This document shows positions 37,822 to 50,760 of a stretch of DNA of 64,000 bases, in pieces; position 1 is the first letter of the stretch, and every line of letters starts with the position of its first letter. Origin of the DNA: Mobula hypostoma (lineage: Eukaryota); NCBI RefSeq assembly GCF_963921235.1, contig NC_086097.1:11966001-12030000 (forward strand). Reading direction: 5' to 3'. The position numbers and the translations under genes were made by a program. The notes beneath the pieces are model-generated. The model had not been told where the DNA came from. It ran no database searches and saw only the letters and a program-made list of their open reading frames with translations.

Positions 37822-40800
37822 GACCATAAGACCGTAAGCTACAGAAGCAGAATTAGGCCATTTGACCTATCAACTCTGCTCCACCATTTCATCATGGCTG
37901 ATCCAATTTTCCTCTCAGCCCCAATCTCCTTCCTGTATCCCTTCATGCTCTGACCAGTCAAGAATCTATCAACCTCTGCCTTAAATATACATAAAGACTT
38001 GGAAAAGAATTTCACCGGTTCACCACTCTCTGGCTAAAGAAATTCCTCCTCATCTTCATTCTAAAAAGACGCCCTATTACTCTGGCTGTGTCCTCGGGTC
38101 TTAGACTCTCAAACCATCCTCTCCACATCCACTCGATCAAGGCCTTTCACAATTTGATAGGTTTCAATGAGGTCACCCCTCATTCTTCTGAATTCTAGTG
38201 AATACAAGCCTAGAGCCATCCAACGCTCTTCATATGACAAGCCATTCAATCTTGGAATAATTTTCATAAATCTCCTTTGAACTTTCTCTGGTTTCAGAAC
38301 ATCCTTTCTAAGATAAGGGGCCCAAACCTGCTCACAATACTACAAATGAGATGTCACTGTTGCTTTATAAAGTTTCAACATTACATGCTTGCTTTTATAT
38401 TCTCGTCCTCTTGAAATGAATGCTAACATTCCTCACCTCAGACTCAACTTGAAAACTCTGAACAAGGACTCCCAACCCTTTGTACCTCAGTTTTTTTCTA
38501 TTTTCTCTCCATTCAGAATACAGTCAACCCTTTCATTTCTTCTACCAAAGTGCATGACCATACACTTCTTGACACTATATTCCATCTGCCTTTTCTTTGC
38601 CCATTCTCCTAATCTCAGTCCTTCTGCATCCTCCCTACTTCCTCAAAACTACCTGCCCCTCTTCCTGTCTACATATTGTCTGAAAACTTTGCAACAAAGC
38701 CAGCAATTTCATCATCCAAATCATTGACATAAAAAGAATCGGTCCCAACACAGACCACTATGGAACACCAAGGGTCACCAAATACCACCCAGAAAAACCT
38801 CTCTTTACTCACGCTCATTGTCTCCTGCCAATCAACCACTGTTTTATCCATACTAGAATCTTTCCTGTAATACCCTGGGCTTGTAGCTAGTTAAGCAGTT
38901 TCATGTGTGGTACCTTTTCAAAGGCCTTCTGAAATTTCAGGTACGCAATGTCAACCGAATCTCCTTTGTCAATCCTGCTTATTATTTCTTCAAATATATT
39001 CCAACAGATTTGTCAGGCAAGACCTTCCCTTGAGGAAACCATGTTGACTACGATCTATTTTATCATGTGCCTCGAAGTACCTAGAGACTTCATCCTTAAT
39101 AATTGACTCCAAAATCTTACCAACTTTTGAGGTCAGACTAACTATCCAACAGTTTCCTTTCTTCCATCCCTCTCCGTTCTTGAACACTGGAGTGACATTT
39201 GCAATTTTCCAGAATCTAGTCATCTTTGAAAGATCATTACTAATGTCTCCACGATCTCTTCATCTACCTCTTTCAGAAACCTGTAGTGTACACCATCTGG
39301 TCCAGGTGGCTTGTCTACTTTCAGACCTTTCAGTTTTCCAAGAACCTTCTCTCTATTTATGCCCCCTGACATGGAACTTGCACAATACAGCTAGCGTCTT
39401 CCTCAGTGAAGACTGATGCAAAATACTTATTCAGTTCAACTGCTATTTCATTGTCCCCCATTACTACTTCTCCAGCATCATTCCCAGTGGTCCAATATCC
39501 ACTCTCGCCTCTCTCTTACACTTTTTGTATCTGAAGAAACTTTTGGTATCCTCTTTAATATTTTTGTCTAGCTTACTTTCGTATTCTATCTTTATCTTCT
39601 TAATTTTTTTAGTAGCCTTCTGTTGGCTTTTTAAAAGCTTCCCAATTCTATAACTTCTCACTAATTTTCGGTCTATTATATGCTCTCTCTTTGGCTTTTA
39701 TGTTGGCTTTGACTTCTCTTGTTAGCCATGGTTTTGTCATCATGCCTTTAGAATACTTCTTCCTCTTTGGGATGCCTATATCCTGTGCCTTCCAAATTGC
39801 TTCAGAAATTGCAGCCATTGCTGCTTTACCATCATCCCTGCCAGTGTTCTTTTCCAATCAATTTTGGCTAACTCCTCTCTCATGCCTCTGTAATTCCCAT
39901 TAGTCCAATATAATACTGATACATCTGACTTTAGCTTCTCTTGCTCAAAGTTCAGGGTGAATTACATCATATTATTATCACTTCTCCCTAAGGGTTCTTT
40001 TACCCTCAGCTCCTTAATCATTTCTGGTTCATTGCACAACAGCCAGTCCAGAGTAGCTGATCCTCTAGTGGGCTCAGCAATGAGCTAATCTAAAAAACTG
40101 TCTTGTAGGTATTCTAGAAATTCCACCTCCTGTAATCTAGCACCAATTGATTTTCCCAATCTACCTGCATATTGAAATCTCCCATGACTAATGCAATATT
40201 GCCCATTTGGCTGCATTTTCCATCTCCTTTTGTAATTTCTAGGCCAAATCCTTACTACTGTTTGGAGTCTGTATTCAACTCCCATCAGGGTCTTTAACCC
40301 TTGCAGTTCCTTAGCTCTATCCACGTGTTTCAACACCTTCTTACCCTATTCACCTCTTTCTAAAGATTTGATTTCATTTTTTACCAATAGACCAACACCA
40401 CCCCCTCTGCCTTCCTATCTGTCCTTTCAATATAATGTGCATGGTTGGACATTAAGCTCCCAGCAATAATCTTCTTTCAGCCAGGATTCAGTGATGCCCA
40501 CAGCATCATACTGGCCAATCTGCAACTGTGCTACTACAAGTTCATCTACCTTATTCTGTATACTGTGCCCATTCAAATATAGCACCTTCAGACCTGTATT
40601 CACCCTTTACTATTGTGTCCGCCTTTTACACTGCAATTCATCCTTTTGACTGAAATTTTGCCCTGTCAACAGCCTCTCCAAACTATATATTGCCTCTGTT
40701 TGTAAATTAGCTACCTCATCTTCAGCACTATTATCTGCCTTTCCTACGATACTTCAAGCATTTAAGTATAGGCAGCTCAGGACATCGTTTGCATCAGGAT

Positions 40801-41815
40801 CAACCTTTTGATATATAACTTTATCTGAGGTCTTACCAACATCTGCCTCCACAACTTCTCCACTAACTGTTCTTGCACTCTGGTTACCATTCCCCAGCAA
40901 CTCTAGTTTAAACTCCACCATACAGCATTAACAAACCTTCCCGCTAGGATATTTGAACCCCTCTAGTTCAGGTGCAAAGATCCCTCTGTACGAGTCCACC
41001 TTCCCTGGAAGAAATCCCAATGATCCAAAAATCTTGCGTTCTTTCTCCCGCACCAACTCCTACCCTAAAACTTAGCACCTAACTTCCTGACCTCCTTATG
41101 CAGAACCTCATCACTCATCCTAACAATGTCATTGGTACATGGACCACGACTTCTAACCTTTATCTTTCTATACGTCCTATCACCTCCACACCCCCTCAGC
41201 CTCTCGCATGCTCATCCAGTTCCACCTCCAACTCCTTAACGTGATTTGTTAGAAGCTGCATCTGGATGCACTTTTCATAGTTGTGGTTGTCGGGATCACT
41301 GGAGGTCTCCCTGCCTTCTCACATCCTGGATAAGGAGCTTTTCACTACCTTGCCTGGCATCTCTACTATCCCAGCTGAGCAGATAGAAAGAAGAGAAGAA
41401 AAAAGACCTTGAGCTGTCCTTTCATTTGCTTTCTCTGACAAGAGCCTCTCTTCACTGAAGCCTCAAAGAACTAAAGCCTCAAGATCACCACTCTGACAAT
41501 ATCCATGCGACCACTGTGCTTGCCCCTTCCTTCCTTGAATTTGATTTTACTGATCAATCTCAAACGCCGGTTGGTCACTGGTCAAAGCTCGTCTACACCA
41601 CCTCGACCCCCTACTGCCTTTAAGTTTGGACAGTGGACCTGATTGAAGTCCCCTCCTCTCAAAACTACTGAAAACTGGATTGGCTACTGGTCAAAGCTCT
41701 TTTCCCCTTCTGTGACTGCTGCTGCCTTTTAGCCGCAGGCTGTGGACCTGATTAAAGTTCTCTCCTTTCCAAACTTCCGATGCCTAGATTGGCCACTGGT
41801 CAAAGCTCGTTTTTA
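37822..41815 (-). mobile_element. Near full-length degenerate CR1 (5' UTR repeats, ORF1 remnant, APE-RT, 3' tail)
   Basis: Broken ORF2 pieces 38669-40336; SGNH remnant ~41050-41370; 109-bp repeats 41569-41812. Confidence 0.88.
41569..41812 (-). repeat. ~109-bp tandem repeat (2.2 units)
   Basis: g(a/g)ttgg..actggtcaaagctc at 41569, 41678 and 41787. Confidence 0.85.
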
Positions 41816-41902
41816 CATTGAACTTTTATTGGAAAGTAGACATGGTTAGCTCTGGACATGTTTACAAAAGGCTATTTGATTAAATTGTGATAATGCATGT
41901 GG

Positions 41903-42158
41903 TTAAGGTATGTCGCATCCGAAATTTTCCAGTTAACAGGCGATTTCCTTCCATGCTGCTCTGACGTATTGGGAAATCGTGTATGAGGCAAGCTACAGCA
42001 GTGGTTTTCCATTGCCTTCTTGGTGTAGTGACATCAGCACTGGACTTCGGTGCGAGAGGTCCCGAGTTCGATTCCAGCCAGCACCCTTGCATGCTCTCCA
42101 TCCATGCTGGGTTAAGAGCTGGTGATTTCTTAAAAAGAAAACTCACCCAGCAGAAGGC
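41903..42158. mobile_element. tRNA-derived SINE with RTE-like tail and inverted 5' half
   Basis: Head on + (42021-42162, B-box gagttcgattcc), tail on - (41903-42020); TSD aatgcatg(t/c)gg. Confidence 0.75.
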
Positions 42159-43309
42159 AATGCATGCGGAGGGATATAAAATTATGAGCGGGTTAAATCG
42201 GGTTTTTCCCAGAGTGGAAATGTCAAATGCTAAAGCGCGCAAGTCTAAGGAAAAAGGAGATGCTTTTAACAGAGAATCACAGGTGTTTGGAACATGGTTC
42301 CACTAAGAGTCATTTTGACAGGCAGGGGAATGGAGAGATATAGACCATGTGCAGGGAGATGGGATTAGATTTAATATGGCATCATGGGTCAGCACAGATA
42401 ACTCAAGATGAAGAGCCTGCTCCTGTATAGTACTCTTCTAAGTTCCATCATTGAAACAAGAAAGAAAACATCATTGCAATTGACAGTTAATTTTACCCAC
42501 GTATTTACCATTATGACAAAGAAAGAGGCTATTCAGCCCACTGCCTCTGCCAGCTCACAGCAGAACAACTTCTTATTCCCATTTTCCACCTTTCTCATTT
42601 TCCTGACTGAACATATGGCACGCTTAACTGGATACACTGGTGCTTCATCTGTGTTCTGCTAACGTTTGTCCATTAAAGTACAAAGTAGACTGCTTTAATC
42701 ACCGCGGTTTCAATCCTCAGTTTCTTCACTCATCTTTACATGAGAATGAGACTCAATGATAATGGGCTTTGTCCTAGCTTTCCAGAAATTTGCAGTGGTT
42801 TGCCAGAACGAGTGCCAAAGTGCAGCTTGATTTGGGACTCCCGGTGATTTTCCCCTCCCTTGGTTGCCCAGTGCTCATTTCTGCCCAGTGCTTTATTTAA
42901 TAAGCTGGCAGGGATCAATGGCTTGCTGCCTGTTTAATGCCCAAACATGAATGTCATCTGAGGCAGGAATCCAAATTCAGATCTCCCTGGGTTTGTGGCG
43001 CAGTGGTCTAATGAATTGGCAGCCTGACCTATGCAATTCAAGTGCAGTGGATTGCAATGGGCTTGCCTGGCTGGTAAAATGACGAGCGGAACTGTTAGGT
43101 TCTGTAATGGTGGCCAAGGAAAGGGTTCAAAAGCATTAGCAGGCATAGGTTTAAGGTGAGCGGGAGAAGGATTAAAAAAGGAATTTTTCAAGGTTAGTTG
43201 GTATCTAGAATGAGCAGCTAGAGGAGGTAGTGGGAGCTGAAGGCCATCTTCAAAAGGCGATGCCTTAAAAAGGCAAGTATCCATCATTAAGGACCCCCAT
43301 TACCCAGGA

Positions 43310-43547
43310 TGCCTCTGAAAGCCTAACCCTACAACACCTTCATGAGAGGTGGAAAAGTGTAAGGCCAGCTAACAGGGCTGTCATGAAGCAGTAAAGGCCA
43401 ATCCCCCGTTTAGTGGATATACTGGATTACAGAAACATTGATGAACTCCAACCATACCATACCACCAACTTCAGAGGATGATGGAGATAGGAGGTTCTCC
43501 ATGGCCTATACTCCACTGGGAGATAAGGGCCCAAGTAAGTAAGTAAG
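43310..43547 (+). mobile_element. Short non-autonomous RTE-related element, family B, inside a Rex1 fragment (43240-43855)
   Basis: RTE-type 3' end ggcctatactccactgggag, (taag)n tail, TSD cat(t/c)acccagga. Confidence 0.8.
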
Positions 43548-44574
43548 CATCACCCAGGACATGCCCTCTGTTCATTGCTACCAACACGGAGGAGGTACAG
43601 GAGCTGAAGGCACAGACTCAATGTTTTAGGAACAGCTTCTTTCCCTTCACAACTAGATTTCTTAATGGACAAGAAACGGTGTACACTACCTCAATATTTT
43701 TATGGTCTCTTTTTACACGACTTATTTACTTTATGTACTGTCTATATTTCTTATTATAATATATAGTTATTTTTATTATGTATTGTACTGTACTGCTATC
43801 ACATTTCACAGCATATCCTAGCAATATTAAACCTGGTTCTGATTCTGATTCTAATTTAAAGGACACCTTGAAAGGTACCTGAAATGAGCAGTGTGAAGAG
43901 AGATATGGAATTAATGCAGGGAAGTGATGGTTACTGAAGGTTAGCACAAAGACAGTGGGCAGAAGGGCCTGCATCATTGGTGTAGAATTCTAAGACCCTG
44001 CCTAAGATAGATAATAAAAGCAAATGCTTAGAGACTAACTTGCTAGATTTGCCTCATTCAAAAGGCATGTTTCACTCATTCACAACTTAACTATGTTTAC
44101 TCCTCATGTACCCTATATTGAAGGTTAAAATTACTTCTGGTAATGATATAAAACCAAAAACTTCCATAATATTTGAAATACAATGTTCATCCATTGGGAA
44201 TGGAAATTACAACTTTCTGATATCTGTTTCCAATATTAAAAATGGCTTTCAGCAATTAAAGAACTCCCCAGTTAATTAAAAGTTCATCAAGTTTCCCCAT
44301 TGGTTTTAAGGAAAGAAATCTTCCTATTGTCTGGACTATGAGTGACTCCAGATCTACAAGAATATGGTTTACTCCTGACCACCTCTCAAATAGTGGAGGA
44401 ATCTAGGACCAAAGGGCATAGCCTGAAAGTACAAGGATGCCCCTTTAGTACAGAGATGAGGAGAAGTTCCTTTAACCAGAGGGTAAGATGTGGAATTCAA
44501 TGCCACAGATAACAGAGGAGGCTAAGACATTTTTTTATTAGAAATACATAAATTTCATCCATTATTAGAATTAG

Positions 44575-44940
44575 TGGATGGCGGGGTGAAGATACGTCTC
44601 TACCAAAGGAGGTGTCAGGTACTCCTTCTCTCCACTAGCCTGCAGGGTAACACCCTTGGACAAGGTGTAGCACTTGCTAAGCCCGACCAGGGTCGTATGA
44701 AGCCATAGGAGCAGGCGGTGGATGGTTGTAAGAGCAGCTGGTGCATATCACAAGTCTCGGTTATGCGATCACTGACGCCAAACAGACAATCTCTGAAGAG
44801 TACTGATAATGGCTGGAGTCACCCGTCGTGTAAATGCACTGCCCAGAAGAAATCAATTGGAAACCAGTTCTGTAGAAAAAATTGCCAAGAACAATCATGG
44901 TCGTGGAAACACCATAAATGCCTATGTCATACAACTCTTG
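44575..44940 (+). mobile_element. Short non-autonomous RTE-related element, family A
   Basis: Alignable to 612-962 and 49628-50005. Confidence 0.75.
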
Positions 44941-45539
44941 CAGAAGCTCTGAAATTTTCGCTGTCTATTTAGGTGTACACATACCAGATGACATGCTTAG
45001 AAAGTTTATACATATTAGAAAGTACAATTATTCTTTGGGCTTTCTTCTGTTTCACGGATGTCTGTGGAGAGTAAGAATTTCAGGTTGTACATTGTATACA
45101 TTCTCTGATATTAAGTGGAACCATTGAGCCAAATATTCTTTTGCTTAGCAGCCATTTGGGATAGAGGGTGTCCTCTATTAAGCACATCTACAAGGAGGCT
45201 GCATCCATCATCGGGCACTCCCAGCATCCAGGCCATGCCTTCTTCTTACTACTACCATTGGGAAGGAGGTACAGGAGCCTCAGTTACCACAACATTAGGT
45301 TCAGAAACAGTTGTTATCCTTCAACCACCAGGCTTCTGAACCAACATGGGTAAATTCACTCACCTCAACTCTGACCTGATTCCATAGCCTACAGACTCAT
45401 TTTCGAGATCCTCAATATTATTTATTTATTATTATTATTATTTGTTTCTGTTTTTGTATTTGCACAGTCTTAGTAGGTTGTATATGGTGACATATATGCA
45501 ATTTGATAATACATTTACTCTGAACTTTGAACTTTGCTT

Positions 45540-46388
45540 CCATAGAACCATAGAACCATAGAAACTACAGCACAGAAACAGGCTCCTTGGCCCTTCTTGG
45601 CTGTGCCGAAATGTTTTCAGCCTAGTCCCACTGACCTGCACACGCACCATATCCCTCCATACACCTCCCATCCATGTATCTGTCCAATTTATTCTTAAAT
45701 GTTAAAAAAGGTCCCGCATTTACCAGCTCGTCTGGCAGTTCATTCCATACTCCCACCACTCTCTGTGTGAAGAAGCCCCCCCAATGTTCCCTTTAAACTT
45801 TTCCCCCCTCACCCTTAACCCATGTCCTCTGGTTTTTTTCTCCCCTTGCCTCAGTGGAAAAAGCCTGCTTGCATTCACTCTATCTATACCCATCATAATT
45901 TTATATACCTCTATCAAATCTCCCCTCATTCTTCTACACTCCAGGGAATAAAGTCCTAACCTATTCAACCTTTCTCTGTAACTGAATTTCTCAAGTCCCA
46001 GCAACACTCTTTCAACCTTATTTATATCCTTCCTGTAATTTGGTGACCAAAACTGAACACAATACTCCAGATTTGGCCTCACCAATGCCTTATACAACCT
46101 CATCATAACATTCCAGCTCTTATACTCAATACTTCGATTAATAAAGGTCAATGTACCAAAAGCTCTCTTTATGACCCTATCTACCTGTGACGCCACTTTT
46201 AGGGAATTTTGTATCTGTATTCCCAGATCCCTCTGTTCCACTGCACTCCTCAGTGTCTTACTAATAACCCTGTATGTTCTACCTCGGTTTGTCCTTCCAA
46301 TGCGCAATACCTCACACTTGTCCGCATTAAACTCCATCTGCCATTTTTCAGCCCATTTTTCCAGCTGGTCCAAGTCCCTCTGCAGGCT
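45540..46388 (-). mobile_element. Young 5'-truncated CR1 (second subfamily)
   Basis: ORF 45720-46373 (WAEKWQMEFNADKC...LEYCVQFWSP); (ttctatgg)n tail. Confidence 0.93.
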
Positions 46389-46409
46389 CCATATCAGCTT
46401 TAGGGGTAT

Positions 46410-46626
46410 TGTGGATACAAGTACTGTACCATATAGCCTACTGTATATTATGGGACTACTTTATGTTGTAGTAACATGTCGTTGCATGCGCTATTAGGCG
46501 TGTATTGATCTGTGTGTGTGTGTTCAGTTTGGTTTCAGGCAGTAAAGAACCCTGTTAACTTAGCTCCCGTCTCCAGCATTTTTATTTATAGCTTTGTTGT
46601 GTAACCCGGCAACAAGTACATTCACA
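46410..46626 (+). mobile_element. Possible short solo LTR
   Basis: TGTGGAT...ATTCACA termini; AGTAAA signal at ~46541. Confidence 0.4.
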
Positions 46627-47254
46627 ACAAGTACATTCAGAAATTAATTTGTGAATCGTTTACTGTGATGTTTTAACATCAATTCCAATGACTTAAAACT
46701 TAGTTACCCAACTGCACTTGAAGTGGAAACTTACCTCCAGGATATTTATAATGATAATACTTGGCACTTCTCTTTGCAGGTAGTAGTGACAGTGGACTAT
46801 GATATGAAAATCTTCATTTGATATTATTTTACACATCTAAATAGGCCCTGAATGGACCTCATACATAGGATAATGCTATTTTAAATACACATCTTATCCA
46901 AAAATAGTGAAAGTTTTTGATGAAAGAAGAGGAAGAGATACAGCCTGATCCATCACAGGTTAGGGAGAATTATTTGCCCATCATTAAGGACATTTACAAG
47001 GAGCGCTGCCACAGGAAAGCAGCATTCATCAAGTATCACCATCATCAAGGCCATGCTGTCTTTTCCTTACCACCTTTGGGCAGGAGGTACAGGGGCCTTA
47101 GGTTCACCATCAGGTTCAGCAACAGTTATTTCCTTACAAACATCAGACTCCTGTTCCAGTGTGGAGAACCTCCATTACCTACGGACTCACTTTCAAGACT
47201 CGTGTTCTCAGTGTTATTTATCTTATTTTTTTATTATTTGCATGATTTGTTTAT

Positions 47255-47515
47255 TTAGAGACACAGACTGGAATAGACCTTTCTGACCTTTCGAGCTGCA
47301 CTGCCCAACGACACTTGTTTAATCATAACCTAACCACGGGACAATTAACCTGTCTGGTTTGTCACTGGAGGAAGCTGGAAGATCCAGAGGAAACGCAAAG
47401 ATGCAGGCATTCCACGGGGAGAATGTACCTTACAGAGGATGCTGGGATTAAACTCCGAATTCCAAAACCCCAAGCTGCAATAACATTGCCTAACCATTAC
47501 ACTACCGTGGAGCCC
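47255..47515 (-). mobile_element. V-SINE (HE1-like) nested in a Rex1 tail (46940-47670)
   Basis: Reverse-complement head, V-domain and tail. Confidence 0.8.
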
Positions 47516-48769
47516 CATTTGTCTGCTTTTGCACATTGGTGTTTTGTCAGTCATCGTTATTTATAGTTTTTCATAAATTCTGTTGTATTTTTTAAATTTT
47601 CCTGGAAATGCCCACAAGAAAATGAATCTCAAGGTAGCATATGTGTACTTCGATAATAAATTTACTTTCACTTAGAGGAAATTTTGATCTATTGTGTCCC
47701 ATAACGGACAATCCCACTCTCTGCTATTCTTAACCCTTTCATCCTTCTATCAATTACTTTATGTCTAGCTCCTTGACTGTTCCACAAAGGGAAACAATTC
47801 CTTCCTATCACACTATCTTGGCCTCTCTGAATTTTATAAACCATGGTTAAATATTCCCTTGGCCTCCCCTGTTCTGGAGGAAAGAATGTAAATCTAACTA
47901 ATCTTCCTACAGAATAAAAACTCTTAGTCTCTGTGACATTTACTGTGTATGTTCTCGAATCCATTCACATGCATCCTGTAATCTGAGGGCCAGAAATGTA
48001 CAACACGCTGAAGCTATGGCCTATTTTACACCATTCTAAATAATTCTCCCTAGCCTTAAATATTATGTAGTTAAGAAATTACTTGCCCTCAATCTATTAT
48101 TTAACATAGCTATATTTTCAAGAAAGTGTAGACAAGCACTTCAAAGTTCCTCTGTTCCCCTGTCTATTCAGCCATCTCTGTGCCTCACCAGTGGTTGCAT
48201 TCCATTTCCCATTCCTCAACCGTTCAGGGTCTTGTGGCCTACAGATTTTTTACACATGGTTAATTTTAAGATCATATGAATACTTAACAATCATTCTCCC
48301 CCAATTAAAACTGATCACTTGATATGCTTTTCAAAAACTGAGGTTCTGATGCCTGATCTCCATGGATTCAAAGTTCAACGTAAGTTTATTATCAAAGTAC
48401 ATATATGTCATCACTCACTACTCTGAGACTCATTTTCTTGCAGGCATTCATACTAAGTACAAAGAAATCCAACAGAATGAATGAAAAGCTGCATACAGCA
48501 AAGACAGGCAAACAGCCAGTGTGCAAAGAACAAAAAATTCTGCAAATACAAAAAGAGAAAGAAAAACAAAATAATAATAAATAAATAAGCAATAAATATT
48601 GAGAACATGAGCTGTAGGATTCTTCAAAGTGAGTCCATACTGGCAGTAAACAATAATCTTCGTTTCTTCTTACTGGGTCAAATTTGGATTCAACTTAGTG
48701 CATTACTTCAGATAGCAGAAAGTTTTTTTTTATTTTATTGCACAGTCCACATATGGGGACATTGTCAAT

Positions 48770-48963
48770 AATCTTGATGTTGATGTTGTTGGGCCCTCAG
48801 CTCCCAGTGGAGCATAAGCCATCGATGACCCCACTTCTCTATCGTCCTCTGAATTTGATGGTATGGTTGGATTGGTTGGTGTGCTTCTGCAATCCATTGC
48901 ATCCACTGTACGGAAAATTGGCCTATACAGCTTCACTAAAGCCCTTTTGGCCAACGTTTGGCC
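48770..48963 (-). mobile_element. RTE-related family B, second copy
   Basis: Reverse complement alignable to 43360-43533; (aac/aacatc)n tail. Confidence 0.7.
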
Positions 48964-48964
48964 A

Positions 48965-49300
48965 ATGTGGACAATGTCTCCCATCCACTACATAAGGTGC
49001 TGGTTGGGCACAGGAGTACATTCAGCCAGAGACTCATTCCACCAAGATGCAACACAGAGTGTCATAGGAAGTCATTCCTGCCTGTGGCCATCAAACTTTA
49101 CAACTCCTCCCTTGGAGGGTCAGACACCCTGAGCCAACAGACTGCTCCTGGACTTATTTCCTGGCATAATTTACATATTACTATTTAACTATCTATGGTT
49201 TTATTACTATTTAATTATTTATGGTGCAACTGTAACGAAAATCAATTTCCCCCGGGATCAATGAAGTATGACTATGACTATGACTATGACTATGACTATG
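48965..49300 (+). mobile_element. Rex1 3' end with (TATGAC)n tail
   Basis: DNVSHPLH...RLIPPRCNTECHRKSFLPVAIKLYN; (tatgac)5 at 49267-49300. Confidence 0.88.
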
Positions 49301-49627
49301 CTACCATTTTCCAGCTTTCACGACAGGGTCATAGGTTTGGACTTTGAGAGGTAATAATATCGATGAATTCTGTGTAAAATATATCATTGGTTCAAAGAGG
49401 CCAGTCAAATGTGGCCTAACAGACCTATATTGGCTCAATGTACCAAGCTGTTTATTAACAGAGATTAATTTCAAATTACTTTTTAAACATTTTTCTTACT
49501 CCAAATCCCAGCATTGATAAAAAGCTCGTGCAGTCCTGGAATTTCATCGAAGTCCAACTGCTACCTGCTATTTGCATTTCTAGTCTACAGAAGATCTGAG
49601 GGATATCAGAACCAGTGTCAGGTTTAA

Positions 49628-50005
49628 TCATCATCATCACTGTGTGCTATACAATATGGTGCAGATGATCATTGTCCCATGACCATGATAGTTCTTGGCA
49701 AATTTTTCTACAGAGTTGGTTTGCTATTGCCTTATTCTGGGCAGTGTCTTTACAAGATGGGTGACCCCAGCCATTATCAAAACTCTTCAGAGATTATCTG
49801 CCTGGTGTCGTTGGTTGCATAACCAGGACTTGTAATATGCGCCAGCTGCTCGTACAACCATCCACCACCTGCTCCCATGGCTTCACATGACCCTGATAAG
49901 GGGTCTAACCAGATGCTCCACCTTGCCCATGGGTGCCCTGCAGGCTGGCAGAGTGAAGGGGTGCCTTACACCTCCTTTGATAGAGACGTAACTCCACCCT
50001 ACCAC
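49628..50005 (-). mobile_element. Short non-autonomous RTE-related element, family A
   Basis: Full-length-looking copy with (gat)n tail, inserted in a Rex1 tail. Confidence 0.75.
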
Positions 50006-50760
50006 CAGGTTTAGTATCACTGACATACAGTATGTCATGAAATGTGTGGTTTTGTGGCAACAATACAATGCAATACATAAAAATATTATAAATTATAATA
50101 AATACACATAAAAATAAATTTAAAAAGCTCAAAAATAGTGAGATAGTGTTCATGGTTTGGTTCATTGTTGTCCATTTAGAAATCCAATGGCAGAAGGGAA
50201 CAAGGTGTTTCTGAAACATTGAGCATGTGTCTTCAGTCTCCTGTACCTCCTCTCTGAGGTAGTAATAAGAAGAGAGCATCTGCTGGGTGATAGTGGTCCC
50301 TAATGATGGATGCTGTGTTTTTGTGGTCCTAATGCTGGGGATGCTAGTGGCTATAGTGGCTGAGTTTACAACTTTCTGCAGCTTTTTCTGATCCTGTGCA
50401 TTGCCCCCCACCTCCCAAACCCAGATGGTGATGCAACCAAGTAGATTGCCCTGCACAGTCCCGCTGTAGAAATTTATTAGAGTCTTTGGTGACAGGGAGA
50501 ATCTCCTCAAACTCCTAATGAAATATAGCTGCCAGTGCGCCTTCTTCGTAATTCCATCAATATGTTGGGCCCACCGTATATCTTCAAAGATATTGACACC
50601 CGGGAACTTGAAACTGCTCATCATTTCCACTGCTGACCCCTCAATGAGGACTGGTGTGTATTTCCTTGACTTCCCCCTTTGAAGCCCTCAATAAATTCCT
50701 TGGTCTTATTGATGTTGAGTGCAAGATTGTTGCAACACCACTCAACCAGGTGATCTAGCT
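50006..50760 (-). mobile_element. Rex1/Babar-like 3' part
   Basis: ORF 49905-50630 FKFPGVNIFEDIRWAQHI...LYFIRSLRRF. Confidence 0.85.

Noticed and set aside
42735..43030. Possible ancient tRNA-derived SINE on the minus strand
   Set aside because: Only a weak A/B-box-like head; family cannot be supported
43321..43366. Twister-like start GCC-TAA-CCCT in family B
   Set aside because: Lacks the L4 AAGC and GAGGG pseudoknot partners; only a simple hairpin can be supported
49267..49300. Short direct-repeat array as CRISPR-like
   Set aside because: No spacers; it is a Rex1 (TATGAC)n tail in eukaryotic DNA
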